Below are positions 46,607 through 56,948 of a stretch of DNA of 64,000 bases, piece after piece. The translations under genes were made by a program, and so were the position numbers. Location: assembly GCA_963675295.2 (NCBI GenBank), contig CAXXKJ010000002.1, forward strand, positions 2,624,001 through 2,688,000, read 5' to 3'. The notes under the pieces were generated by a model. It was not told where the DNA came from. It saw only the letters and a program-made list of their open reading frames with translations, and made no database searches. Within the stretch, counting starts at the first letter, position 1; each line of letters opens with the position of its first letter. This DNA comes from a bacterium (GTDB taxonomy: Bacteria > Electryoneota > Electryoneia > Electryoneales > Electryoneaceae).

Positions 46607-47736
46607 CTGTCCTCCAGTACGTTTGCCGCCAACGCTGACCACGAGTAAACGTCAGCCGCCTGCTCGGCGATATTGTTCCGTTTGCGCCGCCACGTCTCCA
46701 ATCCAGAATTAAGGAATCGTTTCAAGGCGACAACAAGGCTTTCGGTGTCGCCGGGTTCCGCGAGACACCCGTTCTCACCTTCCCGGATGATCTCGCTCAA
46801 CGCCCCGGTCGCGGTTGCTATGACCGGCGCACCGCCTGCGAGCGCGATCATGGCGATACCGCTCTGTGTCGCATGCCGGTAGGGCAATACGACAGCATCC
46901 GCAGCCTCGCAGCGCAGCGCCAATTCATCATCACTTAGATAACGATTTTCCAGCCGGACGCGTTCCCCATGCCCGAGTTCGCGCTGCAGATTCTGGTAGC
47001 TGGAAATATCGTCGTAAAATTCACCGATTACATCGAGTTGGAGCTCTCGTTCAATCTGTGCAACCGCTCGCAGCAAAATGTCCACGCCTTTGTAGGCACG
47101 AACCAGACCAAGGTGCACCAGGTACGGTGTTTCTTCGCTGATGTCGAGTGTCTTTCGGGCCTCAACGTAGCGTGCCAGCGGATGGCTGCCCTTGCGTCCG
47201 GCGAAGTAATGGCTGTACACCGGGTGCGGCTGCACGACTCCTCGTGTTTTCGGCGCGATGCGTTCCAGGATGGTCAACTGATCAGCGGCGCCAACAATGA
47301 CGCGATCCGCCTGCCGGTATAATCCCGGGTTGAGCAGACGACCGACCAGGGCGTGTTCATGAGGCAGCACGTTGTGTGCGATGACCACCTTCGGCTTGAC
47401 GCCGGCCCAATGAGCGATGAAACGCAGGCAGGGCGTGAAGAACGGGTGCCAGTGCTGCATGACGAGCCGTTCCGCACCGAAGCCACGGATCAACCTGATC
47501 GCATGCAGCCACGTGTTCGGCTTCCACGCGTTCAGAATCGGGTAGGAATCGACGATCGGGTCAGCGCTCTCGTCGTACTGGTTGCTGCCGGGAAACAGGA
47601 AGGCCGGGTACAGCACATCGTAGCTGATCGGGAGTACCTCATGGCCCTGGTTGAGCAGTTCGTTCAGCAGGTTGAGATTGTAGCTCGAGATGCCGCCACG
47701 CAGTGGTGGCAGCGGTCCGATCAGGGCGAGTTTCAT
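46603..47736 (-). CDS. Glycosyltransferase family 4
   Basis: GPLPPLRGGI, GLVRAYKGVDIL, LPYRHATQSG and PVIAT. Confidence 0.9.
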   Translation of the reverse strand: MKLALIGPLPPLRGGISSYNLNLLNELLNQGHEVLPISYDVLYPAFLFPGSNQYDESADPIVDSYPILNAWKPNTWLHAIRLIRGFGAERLVMQHWHPFFTPCLRFIAHWAGVKPKVVIAHNVLPHEHALVGRLLNPGLYRQADRVIVGAADQLTILERIAPKTRGVVQPHPVYSHYFAGRKGSHPLARYVEARKTLDISEETPYLVHLGLVRAYKGVDILLRAVAQIERELQLDVIGEFYDDISSYQNLQRELGHGERVRLENRYLSDDELALRCEAADAVVLPYRHATQSGIAMIALAGGAPVIATATGALSEIIREGENGCLAEPGDTESLVVALKRFLNSGLETWRRKRNNIAEQAADVYSWSALAANVLEDR

Positions 47737-48734
47737 TCGGCTGGTGGCAGTTGCCGCGTTTGACGTTTCAGGCGTTCAATGCGTTCTGTCTTTTGCCTCA
47801 TGTGGTTAATCTGTTCACCGAGCAGTCCCATCGAGAAAAACTGCACGCCGACAATCAGCAGCAGAATCCCGAGGAAGAACAGCGGCCGGTCACCGATCGG
47901 TTGTCCCATGTACCACTGGATCGTTAGCAACGCCAGGATGCCGAAGCCGACAAAGCCCGACACCAGCCCAAACGCGCCGAACAGGTGCATCGGACGAGCT
48001 GCGTACTTGACGAGAAACAGGACGGTCAGCAGGTCGAGGAAACCGTGCAGGAAACGTGACAGGCCAAACTTCGTCTTGCCCCAACGCCGCGGATGGTGCT
48101 GCACCACCAGCTCGCCAACGGTGAACCCCTGCGACTTGGCGAGGATCGGGATAAACCGGTGCAGTTCGCCGTACAGTTCGAAGGTTTCGACCACTTCCCG
48201 GCGGTAGATCTTGAGGCCGCAGTTGAAGTCGTGAATCTTGATGCCGCTGCTCATCCGTGCGACACCGTTGAAGAATTTCGATGGCAGGGTCTTGGAGATC
48301 GGATCATGCCGCTTCTTCTTCCAACCGCTGACCATGTCGTAGCCGTCATCCAGCCGTTTGATCAGCTTCGGGATTTCGTTGGGGTCGTCCTGCAGGTCGG
48401 CGTCCATCGTGACGACAAGTTTCCCCCGGGCCATTTCAAACCCGGCGGACAGTGCGGCGGATTTTCCCTGGTTGCGGCGGAAATGGATGACATGAACCCG
48501 TGGATCCGAGGCCTTGAACTGCTCGAGCAGGTCGAAACTGCCGTCCCGGCTGCCATCGTTGACGAAGATCAGCTCGGCGTCGACAGCTTCACGTTCCAGC
48601 ACCTCGTCGATGGCGGGTTTCAGGTGAGGCAGTGATTCATCCTCATTCCAGAGGGGAATCACAATGCTGACGTGCGGGACTTCGCCGCCAACTACCAGTC
48701 GTTCGCTTTCAACTGGAAGGGATCCGTCTTCCAT
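47733..48734 (-). CDS. Glycosyltransferase family 2 (polyprenol-phosphate glycosyltransferase, ArnC/GtrB-like)
   Basis: VNDGSRD, MDADLQDDP, HDFNCGLK and GELHRFIP, with two C-terminal TMs. The start may be slightly downstream. Confidence 0.9.
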   Translation of the reverse strand: MEDGSLPVESERLVVGGEVPHVSIVIPLWNEDESLPHLKPAIDEVLEREAVDAELIFVNDGSRDGSFDLLEQFKASDPRVHVIHFRRNQGKSAALSAGFEMARGKLVVTMDADLQDDPNEIPKLIKRLDDGYDMVSGWKKKRHDPISKTLPSKFFNGVARMSSGIKIHDFNCGLKIYRREVVETFELYGELHRFIPILAKSQGFTVGELVVQHHPRRWGKTKFGLSRFLHGFLDLLTVLFLVKYAARPMHLFGAFGLVSGFVGFGILALLTIQWYMGQPIGDRPLFFLGILLLIVGVQFFSMGLLGEQINHMRQKTERIERLKRQTRQLPPAE

Positions 48735-49468
48735 TCCGGGTTCAACTCCAGAGTGTCGAACGTGATGCCGAGTTCGGTCGGATAGGCCCCACCGCCGCGC
48801 AACTTCAAGGATTGCGCCAGCGCGACTCCGCTCAGCCGTGTGAATTGACTGTATTCCTTCAGCAGGACGAGGGATTGGGTGCCAGCCTCAAGCCAGCGTT
48901 CCTCAAGGACCCTGTCCTCCGTTGGATTATACAGAATCTGGTGTTCCAGCGACGCCTCGGCAAGTCTCCATTTCCACAGGGAGTCGGTTTCCGTAACCTC
49001 GAAGGAAACGGTGTTTTCCAGCATATCCGTGGCGGAGACTGCTCGCGGCAATGGTTCGAAGATACGAATCAGGTCTTTCGCGGGAAATGGAACACCGGTG
49101 ATTTCCTGCAGATCAAAGTCCTCAACCGACCCGGTCTCGAACTGGCCGGTGGCGAACCACGCTTCGTATCGCCCGTCCGTGATGACAATATCCCCCACCG
49201 AGATGCCGAACATCATTTTCAGGCTCAAGGACAACTGGTCGATTGGTGCAAGGTACAGCGTGCCGAACATCGTTCCGCTGAATTGGGTGTTCTTGACCTG
49301 CAGCTTGAGCCGGCCCTCGATGTGATCCATCTGGGACCAGGCGGCGGTAAGCCGAGAGTTCAGGAGTTCGGGGGACGGAGTCTGCCCGGAGAGGTCCGGT
49401 TTATGGCTGGCACAGCCTGCGAAGAAGAACAGTGTGAGAAGGAGATAAGCGGGAGCATAGCGCAGCAT
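48692..49468 (-). CDS. Lipoprotein, LolB-like/DUF4292-like fold (tentative)
   Basis: Lipobox FAGC, a beta-rich body, and a position after a TPR lipoprotein. Confidence 0.55.
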   Translation of the reverse strand: MLRYAPAYLLLTLFFFAGCASHKPDLSGQTPSPELLNSRLTAAWSQMDHIEGRLKLQVKNTQFSGTMFGTLYLAPIDQLSLSLKMMFGISVGDIVITDGRYEAWFATGQFETGSVEDFDLQEITGVPFPAKDLIRIFEPLPRAVSATDMLENTVSFEVTETDSLWKWRLAEASLEHQILYNPTEDRVLEERWLEAGTQSLVLLKEYSQFTRLSGVALAQSLKLRGGGAYPTELGITFDTLELNPEWKTDPFQLKANDW

Positions 49469-49474
49469 GCGGGC

Positions 49475-50866
49475 TCACTCCTCCAGTTTGCGGGTCAACG
49501 CGACTTCGTCACCGCCAGCGTCAATCGCACGTTGCCACATCTCGCGCGCCTTGGCTGCATTCCCCATCGCGGCGTAGACATCCCCGAGATGCTCGAGGAT
49601 TTCGTAATGCTCGGGATTGATTCCCGCAGCGCGTTCGAGATAGGTAATCGCGTCCTCGTACTGGCCCTTCTGGAAGAAGATCCATCCCTTAGTATCGAGA
49701 AAGCTGGCGTTCTCGGGCTCCAGCGACAATGCGTCTTCCGACAATTCCAGCGCCCGGTCGAGGTCCTTCCCCTGTTCGGCCAGGAGATAGGCAAAATTGT
49801 TCAGGATCTGTGCATCACCGGGCGACAGTTTCAGCGCGTTATCGTACAGGTCTTCGGCCTCAGCGTAGCGGCCCTGCTCGTGGTACAGGAATCCGAGGTT
49901 GAGGAAATTCTGCGAGTCTTCCGGATCGAGCTGAATCGCACGTTTGAGCGCGGATTCGGCCTTGTCTTCCTGATCTTTGAGCATGTACACGGACGCCGCC
50001 AGAGCGTGCAGCGGAGCACTGATCGGGTTGTAGCTGAGGGCACTGTCGGCGAGTGAGATCGCGCGATCTTGATTCCCTTGAATCACTTCGAGGCGGATCC
50101 ACATGTCCCAATATCGCGGTTCTACCGGACGCATGGTTGCCGCGGCGGCGATGGATTCCACCGCGCGCGTGGTGTCGCCCATGTCGAGGTACAGACCGCC
50201 GATAAAAAACGGAATGCGGTCTTCGTCGGGACGATGGTTCTGCAACTGCTGGTAGACGTCAACTGCTTCGTCCAACCGGTCCAGCGAACTCAGCAACGAC
50301 ACTTTCCGCATCAGGATCGGCACCGGGTCGGTGTCCGGCAACTCGAGCAGGTGTTCGTATGTTTCAATGGCTTTTTCGGGCTGACCGGTGCGTTCGTACG
50401 CAACCGCCAGGTGTCTCAATGTGGTCGCATCATCCGGTTGTATTTCGCGCAGTTCTTCGAAGGTTGCGACTGCATCATTAAACAGCTGCTCGTCCAGCTG
50501 GATTTCGCCAAGATGGGTCAGGATGGTCGGCGCGTGTGTAATCCGCGCGCCTTTCTCGAGGGTGGTCCGGGCTTCGTCGAGCCGTCCAAGTTGCGAGGCC
50601 ATTTCAGCCACAGCGTGGTACAGTTCGACCTGCGTGCTGTCCCGCATCAAGCCACGGTTGTACTCGTGCAATGCGAGCCGATACTCCCCCGCCGATTCGA
50701 ACACCGAACCGGAGATGGCATAATCCATCACCTCGTCGGACGGTGGGTTCGGAGTGACGAGGTTTTCGTCTTCGGTGGCTGACGTTTTCCGCACTTCGCC
50801 GGTGCCTGCGCAACCGGCAATCAGCAACGCCAACAGGAGGATCGGGACAAGCGTTCGCTTAATCAA
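49475..50866 (-). CDS. TPR-repeat lipoprotein
   Basis: Lipobox IAGC; many TPRs; LNNFAYLLAE...FLDTKGW...EHLGD. TTG start at 50866. Confidence 0.85.
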   Translation of the reverse strand: MIKRTLVPILLLALLIAGCAGTGEVRKTSATEDENLVTPNPPSDEVMDYAISGSVFESAGEYRLALHEYNRGLMRDSTQVELYHAVAEMASQLGRLDEARTTLEKGARITHAPTILTHLGEIQLDEQLFNDAVATFEELREIQPDDATTLRHLAVAYERTGQPEKAIETYEHLLELPDTDPVPILMRKVSLLSSLDRLDEAVDVYQQLQNHRPDEDRIPFFIGGLYLDMGDTTRAVESIAAAATMRPVEPRYWDMWIRLEVIQGNQDRAISLADSALSYNPISAPLHALAASVYMLKDQEDKAESALKRAIQLDPEDSQNFLNLGFLYHEQGRYAEAEDLYDNALKLSPGDAQILNNFAYLLAEQGKDLDRALELSEDALSLEPENASFLDTKGWIFFQKGQYEDAITYLERAAGINPEHYEILEHLGDVYAAMGNAAKAREMWQRAIDAGGDEVALTRKLEE

Positions 50867-51938
50867 TGAAGAACCGGAAGATATCGTGATACGTGACAAC
50901 CAGCACCAGTGCCAGCAACAGCACCATGCCGACATTCTGCGCGACGATCTTGATCCGTCCCGACACCGGCCGTCGAATCACGGCCTCAATCAGAATGAAG
51001 ACGAGATGCCCGCCATCCAGCACCGGGAACGGTAAAATATTGAGCAGGCCGATGCTGATGCTGATCAACGCGATGAAGCCGAGGAAGGTTTCCCATCCGG
51101 CACGCGCCGTTTCACCACTGAGGTACACAATGCCCGCGGGACCGGTCAGATCCTTCACCGACGCCTGGCCGGTAAACAGCATCTGGATCGACTTGATGCT
51201 CAACCCGAGGACATTGACTGTCATCCGGGCACCGAGGGAAACTCCCTCGCCGATGGTTACCGGCTCACGGGTGAAGTTCGGGCCTACGCCGACCATGCCG
51301 ACGTCTCGTGCGCCGTCGTCGTCCATGATTGCCTGAGACTTGGTCGTCATCGTCGCGGCGACGGTGTCTGCACCGCTCAGCCAGACCAGGTCAACGTCCA
51401 TGTCCGGCTTGGCGTGTACAGCATCGCGGAACTCTTCCCACGAAACGATCGTGTTGCCGTCTACGCTGAGAATGCGGTCACCGGGCAACAGGCCGGCTTC
51501 TTCCGCCGGGAAGCCCTGCGAGATACTGCCGATCACCGGGGACGGGTCGATCACCGCTTCGCCCTTGACCCAGGCGATGCCGGTGTAGAGAATGAAGCCG
51601 AGCAGGAAATTCATCAACACGCCGGCGGTGATGACGAACGCCTTCTGCAGCGTGTTCTTCGATTGGAATTCCCACGGCTCGCCGGTGATTTCGTCACCAC
51701 CGAACTCGTCAATCATGCCGGAGATCTTGACATAGCCGCCGAGTGGGATGTAGCCGAGGCGGTATTCTGTTTCCCCGCGCTTGATTCCGACCAGCTTGCC
51801 GAAACCGAGCGAAAACGCTTCCACCCGCGCGCCGACAGCCTTTGCGGCGAAAAAGTGGCCGGCTTCATGGACGAAGACAACCACGCCGAGGACAACGATG
51901 AACGACACAAACGTCAATAACATGAGCAGTCCGATCAA
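50859..51938 (-). CDS. rseP: RIP metalloprotease RseP
   Basis: HEAGH, IPLGGYVK, a PDZ domain and NILPFPVLDGGH. Confidence 0.94.
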   Translation of the reverse strand: MIGLLMLLTFVSFIVVLGVVVFVHEAGHFFAAKAVGARVEAFSLGFGKLVGIKRGETEYRLGYIPLGGYVKISGMIDEFGGDEITGEPWEFQSKNTLQKAFVITAGVLMNFLLGFILYTGIAWVKGEAVIDPSPVIGSISQGFPAEEAGLLPGDRILSVDGNTIVSWEEFRDAVHAKPDMDVDLVWLSGADTVAATMTTKSQAIMDDDGARDVGMVGVGPNFTREPVTIGEGVSLGARMTVNVLGLSIKSIQMLFTGQASVKDLTGPAGIVYLSGETARAGWETFLGFIALISISIGLLNILPFPVLDGGHLVFILIEAVIRRPVSGRIKIVAQNVGMVLLLALVLVVTYHDIFRFFID

Positions 51939-51990
51939 GCAAAATTCAGCGCGTCACACCTGACGCTGACAACTCAGAAGATAAGGGTGA

Positions 51991-52021
51991 GAAAGGCCGG
52001 TTCGCACGTACGAACCGGCCT
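51991..52021 (-). terminator. Intrinsic terminator
   Basis: Minus strand AGGCCGGTTCG-TACGTG-CGAACCGGCCT-TTC. Confidence 0.7.
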
Positions 52022-52078
52022 CAATTCGGTTTCGTCTACCCTGCATACTTTGAGATGCAGGAATAGTTCCGGAGTTGT

Positions 52079-52750
52079 TTACCCTCCGAGAACAATCCCG
52101 GCCTGCAACGTAAGCCAGTTCCCCGGCGCGGGGTCTTCCAGGCTCGGAATGATGTAGTATTTCATGCCGACACGGAACGCGAGCGGGAAGCCGGTCGGCT
52201 TCAGCTTGGCGCCAAGAGCGAGGTGCAGACCAAACTCCATCTGGATCTCGTCCACAAGATCAGCTTCATCAACTTCTTCGGAAGCTGAATCAACGTTATC
52301 AAGAATCAGCTCAGAAGAAAAGACGGGTGCTACGGCCATAAAGGACGGTCCAGCACCGACAAACACTCCACCAATTCCAGGCAAAGGCAGCACAGTGTAG
52401 GTAGCAGTCAAATCTGCTCCAGCACGTAAATACGGAAGTGTTTCTTCTTCCGGCAAGAAGGATCCGGCGCCCGGCACATTCGAAACATAGCCGGCATCGT
52501 AGGAGCCGTAGGCAGCTTCCAGACTCAGTGCAAGATCAACCATTGGAATCATGCCAAACGTAATGTCAATACCACCGCCCACCAGCCCGTTCATCTCGCT
52601 GCGAACGATACCACCATATCCGTCGCCAAACTCGATCAGGTTCGCCTCTCCATCAATCGTTGTAGCATCGTAGTTGAAGTGGAACCCGATTCCGGCGAAG
52701 CCCGGCGCTGCCATCAAGCACAACACTAAAACAGCGATCACCTTTTTCAT
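52079..52750 (-). CDS. Putative small outer-membrane beta-barrel protein
   Basis: Signal peptide MKKVIAVLVLCLMAAPGFA followed by alternating amphipathic strands (FVGAGPSF, FGLHLALGAKL, WLTLQAGIVL). Confidence 0.65.
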   Translation of the reverse strand: MKKVIAVLVLCLMAAPGFAGIGFHFNYDATTIDGEANLIEFGDGYGGIVRSEMNGLVGGGIDITFGMIPMVDLALSLEAAYGSYDAGYVSNVPGAGSFLPEEETLPYLRAGADLTATYTVLPLPGIGGVFVGAGPSFMAVAPVFSSELILDNVDSASEEVDEADLVDEIQMEFGLHLALGAKLKPTGFPLAFRVGMKYYIIPSLEDPAPGNWLTLQAGIVLGG

Positions 52751-53106
52751 CTTCTTCTCCCTGGAAGACGTTACGCCCAAACTTGGATCCAGACCCGGAA
52801 TACCGGCATGCCACACAGATCGAACCGTGTGATGAAAAGTGCTACGTGTACGGTATGTCTGGATTTCGCGTCTAAGATGGTATCATTGATGTAACAGACA
52901 CAAGAGGAAAATGCGAAATTTTCCATTTGCTGTGAACGAGTTTGCCGGCAATACCGCTGGGACAACAGTTTGTCACAGTTCCCGTAACTCTGTAGTAACA
53001 AGGACGTATGAACGATCATGCCATGACAGATCTGCTGATTATTCACCATCCGGATTGAGACGTACGAGTTCACGGACGGAATTGTTTTCCGCCTGCATCG
53101 GCCTAC

Positions 53107-53137
53107 AAGAAGAAAACCGTGACATAAGCCACGGTTT
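53107..53137 (-). terminator. Terminator after lpxA
   Basis: Minus strand AAACCGTGGC-TTAT-GTCACGGTTT-TCTTCTT. Confidence 0.7.
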
Positions 53138-53164
53138 GGAATATCCGCAAAGCGTGTTCAGCAA

Positions 53165-53965
53165 TCAGAAATCGGACTCTTTCTTCGCCCGTCCGACAAT
53201 TCCTCGCTCCGAATCATTCTCGATGAAGTTGACGATCGTCTGCACTTCCGGTGTCATCTCCATTTCGTCCTTGATGCGTTGCAGCGCCTGCTTCACGTTC
53301 AACTGACTGCGGTAAATGATACGGTACGCGTGCTTGATGGTGTTGATCGTTTCGTTGCTGAAGCCACGGCGGCGCAGCCCGATCGAGTTGACACCGCGAT
53401 ACGTAATCGGTTCGCCAGCGGCGAGAATGTACGGCGGCACATCCTGCGGCACACGCCACCCCCCGCCAATAAAAGCGTGCTGGCCGAGGCGCGTGAACTG
53501 GTGAATCGGCACCATCCCGCCAATTCCGACCCAGTCCTCGATCGTGACATGTCCGGCCATGTTCACCGAATTGGCGAGAATGACGCGGTTTCCGAGGTGG
53601 CAGTCGTGCGCAACATGCGTGTACGCCATCAGCAGACAGTCTTCGCCGACGGACGAGCTGCCGGATTCATGCGTGCCCCGGTTGAGCGTGGCGAACTCAC
53701 GGATCACGGTCCGGTCGCCGACCTCCATCGTTGTCTCTTCGCCCTCGAACTTGAGATCTTGCGGGTCCGAGCCGATAACAGCACCGGAGAAGACGCGTAC
53801 ATCCTTGCCCAGCCGTGCCCACTTGGTGATCGTGGCGTGCGCGGCAATCTTGCAGCCGTCTCCAACAACCGCACCGTCCTCGATAACGGCGAACGGGCCG
53901 ACGGTCACGTTTTCACCGATCTGGGCGTTGTTCCCAACGGCGGCGCGCGGATCGATCTGGCTCAT
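53165..53965 (-). CDS. lpxA: UDP-N-acetylglucosamine O-acyltransferase
   Basis: Hexapeptide repeats, PQDLKF, HVAHDC, IHQF and GLRRRGF. Confidence 0.96.
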   Translation of the reverse strand: MSQIDPRAAVGNNAQIGENVTVGPFAVIEDGAVVGDGCKIAAHATITKWARLGKDVRVFSGAVIGSDPQDLKFEGEETTMEVGDRTVIREFATLNRGTHESGSSSVGEDCLLMAYTHVAHDCHLGNRVILANSVNMAGHVTIEDWVGIGGMVPIHQFTRLGQHAFIGGGWRVPQDVPPYILAAGEPITYRGVNSIGLRRRGFSNETINTIKHAYRIIYRSQLNVKQALQRIKDEMEMTPEVQTIVNFIENDSERGIVGRAKKESDF

Positions 53966-55362
53966 TTGTCGCGCTCCTTGATGACGGCCTGCATTTCGGC
54001 CTGCGCCGCGAGTTCGTCATCGACAAACGCCTGGCCCTGCATCTTGCAGATACCACGGCGGAAGTAGATCAATTCAACACGGAAATACAGCGTGTCGCCC
54101 GGTACCACCATGCGGCGGAATTTGACGTTGTCCAGCTTGGTGAAGTAGACGATGCTGTCTTCCGGGTTGGCGGATTCGTTCAGCAGCAGCACACCACCCA
54201 CCTGCCCCATCGCTTCGATGATCAGCACGCCCGGCATGATCGGATGCCCGGGGAAGTGGCCCTGGAAGAACGGTTCGTTAGCTGTAACGTTTTTGATCCC
54301 CGTAACCAGTTCCCCAGGAACCAGCTCGAGAATTCGATCCACCAGCAGGAACGGGTAGCGATGCGGAAGCAGTCGCTGAATCGCTTCGACGTCAAAGACA
54401 TACGACGTGGTCTGCGTGCGCTGGTACTTCTTCGTCAGCTTCCGCTGCTGGTAGATCTTGCGCATCTTGCGGACCATCTCGACATGCGATTCGTGCCCCG
54501 CGCGTGCAGCCATCACATGCCCGCGTATCGGCAGTCCGAGCAACGCGAAGTCGCCGATCAGGTCGACGACCTTGTGCCGTACCGGCTCGTTGTAGAACCG
54601 TAGCGGACGATCGTCCAGAATGCCGCTTTCGCCGAGCTTCAATTCATGATCGACGCCGAACACGCCCTTGAGGCGCTCGAGTTCGTCATCGTCCAGGTCA
54701 CGGTCCACGATCACCAGCCCGCCTTCCAGCGACGCACCCTTGATCAGACCGTGCTCCTTGAGGTATTCGATTTCGCTGAGGAAGGCGAAGGTGCGCGCTT
54801 CGGAGAACTCACTGACGTATTCTTCCTCGAGGCTGTACATCGAAGTGTACTGCGTGCCAAGCGCCGGGTTGCGATAATCAACCATGTAGGTGATGCGGAA
54901 TTCGTCCGACGGCACGATGACGAGATCGATCCCCTTCTCTTCGTCGTGGAAGATCAGGGTCTTGTTGATCTCGAGGTACTCTTTCGGCGCTTCCTGTTCG
55001 ACGATTCCGGCTTCGAGCAGCTCGTCCACGAATGGTTTCGAGGAGCCGTCAATCACCGGCGGCTCGATGTTGTCGAGCGCGACGACGCAGTTATCGATCT
55101 CGAGACCGGCGAGCGCCGAAAGCACATGTTCGACGGTGTGGACTCTTACCTCGCCCTGCGCAATGGTGGTACCGCGTGAGATGTCGATGACATGATCGAT
55201 GTCCGCCTTGATGCGCGGGCTGTCATCGATATCAGTCCGTTCAAACCAGTAACCCGACCCGGCCGGGGCGGGCTTGAAGGTCATCTTGGTCTTCACACCG
55301 GTATGCAGGCCGGTGCCTTCGAGTGTGACTTCTTTGCCGATGGTCCGCTGATTCTTGAGCAA
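53962..55362 (-). CDS. lpxC: Bifunctional LpxC deacetylase / FabZ dehydratase
   Basis: [20 protein letters not shown] and HKVVDLIGD (LpxC), then [11 protein letters not shown] and [20 protein letters not shown] (FabZ). TTG start at 55362 with a GGAGGGG RBS. Confidence 0.95.
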   Translation of the reverse strand: MLKNQRTIGKEVTLEGTGLHTGVKTKMTFKPAPAGSGYWFERTDIDDSPRIKADIDHVIDISRGTTIAQGEVRVHTVEHVLSALAGLEIDNCVVALDNIEPPVIDGSSKPFVDELLEAGIVEQEAPKEYLEINKTLIFHDEEKGIDLVIVPSDEFRITYMVDYRNPALGTQYTSMYSLEEEYVSEFSEARTFAFLSEIEYLKEHGLIKGASLEGGLVIVDRDLDDDELERLKGVFGVDHELKLGESGILDDRPLRFYNEPVRHKVVDLIGDFALLGLPIRGHVMAARAGHESHVEMVRKMRKIYQQRKLTKKYQRTQTTSYVFDVEAIQRLLPHRYPFLLVDRILELVPGELVTGIKNVTANEPFFQGHFPGHPIMPGVLIIEAMGQVGGVLLLNESANPEDSIVYFTKLDNVKFRRMVVPGDTLYFRVELIYFRRGICKMQGQAFVDDELAAQAEMQAVIKERDK

Positions 55363-55385
55363 GAATTCCCCTCCGCGTTCGGAGC

Positions 55386-56402
55386 TCAGTCGCTCCCTCC
55401 CTCCAACTTCTTCAGGCGCCGAAGAGCTGCCGGCAGCTTGTTGACAGCAGCAACCGACCGTTGCCAATCACGGATATCAACGGCTGGAGTGCCGCCGATC
55501 ACCTTGTTCGGGCCGGGATCTTTGTGTACGCCTGACTGCGCGGCGATCAGGACGCCGTCGCTCATCCGAATATGGCCCGCCAGCCCGACTTGTCCCCCAT
55601 ACATCGAGCGCGCTCCGACCTTGGTCGAGCCCGCGATGCCCACTTGGGCGGCAAAGACAGTGTTCTCTCCGATTTCGACGTTGTGCGCGATCTGGACGAG
55701 GTTGTCCAGCTTGACACCACGCCGAATGACCGTCTTTCCGAGTGTTGCCCGGTCGATGGTCGTGTTCGCGCCGATTTCGACGTCGTCTTCGATGACGACA
55801 TTCCCCACCTGCGGAATCTTGGTGTAGCCTTCCTCACCGGGAGCGAAGCCGAAACCGTCTGAACCGATCACCGCGCCATCCTGAATGATGACCCGGTTGC
55901 CGATCTCGCACAGTTCACGAACGGTCACCCGGCTGTGGAACAGGCAGTCTTCACCGATGATCACGTCCCGTCCGACGAAACACTGCGCCCGCAGGATTGT
56001 ATTCGCACCGATTTTCGCGCTGGATTCAATGACGCACTGCGGCCCGACGGTTACGCCGTCCGCAATCACGGCATCGTCTGCTACCACCGCGCTCGGGTGA
56101 ATACCTGGCGCGGGACGTTCGACTTCCGGGTGGAAATGATGCAGAGTGGCGAGAAACGCCCGGTAGGGTTCGGGAGTGACGAAATACGTCCGCCTCTCCG
56201 CTTCCCCGTCCGGGATCGTCTCCAGAATTACCGCGCCGGCGTGCGTGTCAGGCAGATACTTGAGATACGTCTTGTTGGCGATGAAGGTGATTTCATCGCC
56301 AGACGCTTCCTCGATCTTGCTCACACCGGTCAACTGCAGTGACGCATCTCCCACCAGCTCGGCGTTTAACTGCTTTGCTAGTTCGCCTGCTGAGATGGTC
56401 AT
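55386..56402 (-). CDS. lpxD: UDP-3-O-acyl-glucosamine N-acyltransferase
   Basis: GSDGFGF, KIPQVG, GANTTIDR and KLDNLVQIAHNV. Confidence 0.96.
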   Translation of the reverse strand: MTISAGELAKQLNAELVGDASLQLTGVSKIEEASGDEITFIANKTYLKYLPDTHAGAVILETIPDGEAERRTYFVTPEPYRAFLATLHHFHPEVERPAPGIHPSAVVADDAVIADGVTVGPQCVIESSAKIGANTILRAQCFVGRDVIIGEDCLFHSRVTVRELCEIGNRVIIQDGAVIGSDGFGFAPGEEGYTKIPQVGNVVIEDDVEIGANTTIDRATLGKTVIRRGVKLDNLVQIAHNVEIGENTVFAAQVGIAGSTKVGARSMYGGQVGLAGHIRMSDGVLIAAQSGVHKDPGPNKVIGGTPAVDIRDWQRSVAAVNKLPAALRRLKKLEGGSD

Positions 56403-56920
56403 TGCGTCTTCTTCAGTTCTTCGAGTACGAGGTCGGTGATATCCAGGGACGGATCGGCATAGGCAATCGCGGTGCCGATGGCGTCGAGGATGATGTCGTA
56501 GCCGTCCTCGGAAGCGATCTTGTCGATCACAGTCTGAATCTTGTCATTGATTGGAGCGAACAGTTCCTGGTTCCGTTGCATCGCCTTGCGTTCGATACCG
56601 GCCTGGAACTCACGGTATTCGAGCATCTTGCGCTGGAACTTGGATTCGACTTCCGCCTTCTTCTCCTCACTGTAGAACATCGAGCCTTCGGCGAGCTCGG
56701 TATCCAGCGCCTGGAGTTCTTCTTCCATTTCCTGGGCCTGACGCTGCCATTCCTGGATTTCCTCTTCCAGGATCTTCTGAGCGTCCTGCGCTTCCGGGTA
56801 CTCATTCAGGATCCGGTCGGAAATGATGATGCCGACCTTGGCATCCTTCGCACTGACCGCACCGGAGAATGCCAGCACCGCGACCAGAACGATCGCCAGC
56901 GGGGTGATCCATGCCTTCAT
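56399..56920 (-). CDS. skp: OmpH/Skp periplasmic chaperone
   Basis: Signal peptide, KVGII, a coiled coil and GYDIILD...DITDLVL. Confidence 0.9.
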   Translation of the reverse strand: MKAWITPLAIVLVAVLAFSGAVSAKDAKVGIIISDRILNEYPEAQDAQKILEEEIQEWQRQAQEMEEELQALDTELAEGSMFYSEEKKAEVESKFQRKMLEYREFQAGIERKAMQRNQELFAPINDKIQTVIDKIASEDGYDIILDAIGTAIAYADPSLDITDLVLEELKKTQ

Positions 56921-56948
56921 CAGTAACCTCTGTCTTGTCTGCTTGAAT

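Noticed and set aside
52921-53000. c-di-GMP-I riboswitch suggested by GGCAAAC on the minus strand
   Set aside because: It lacks the GNRA-capped P2 and the downstream GCAAAGC/P3 elements in the right order.
53008-53023. Second sigma54 promoter (minus strand TGGCATGATCGTTCAT)
   Set aside because: The -24 element matches, but the -12 position reads CA instead of GC/GA.
53962-55362. LpxC-FabZ fusion as a novelty
   Set aside because: The fusion is well known in Bacteroidota/Chlorobiota relatives and is useful only as a taxonomic clue.
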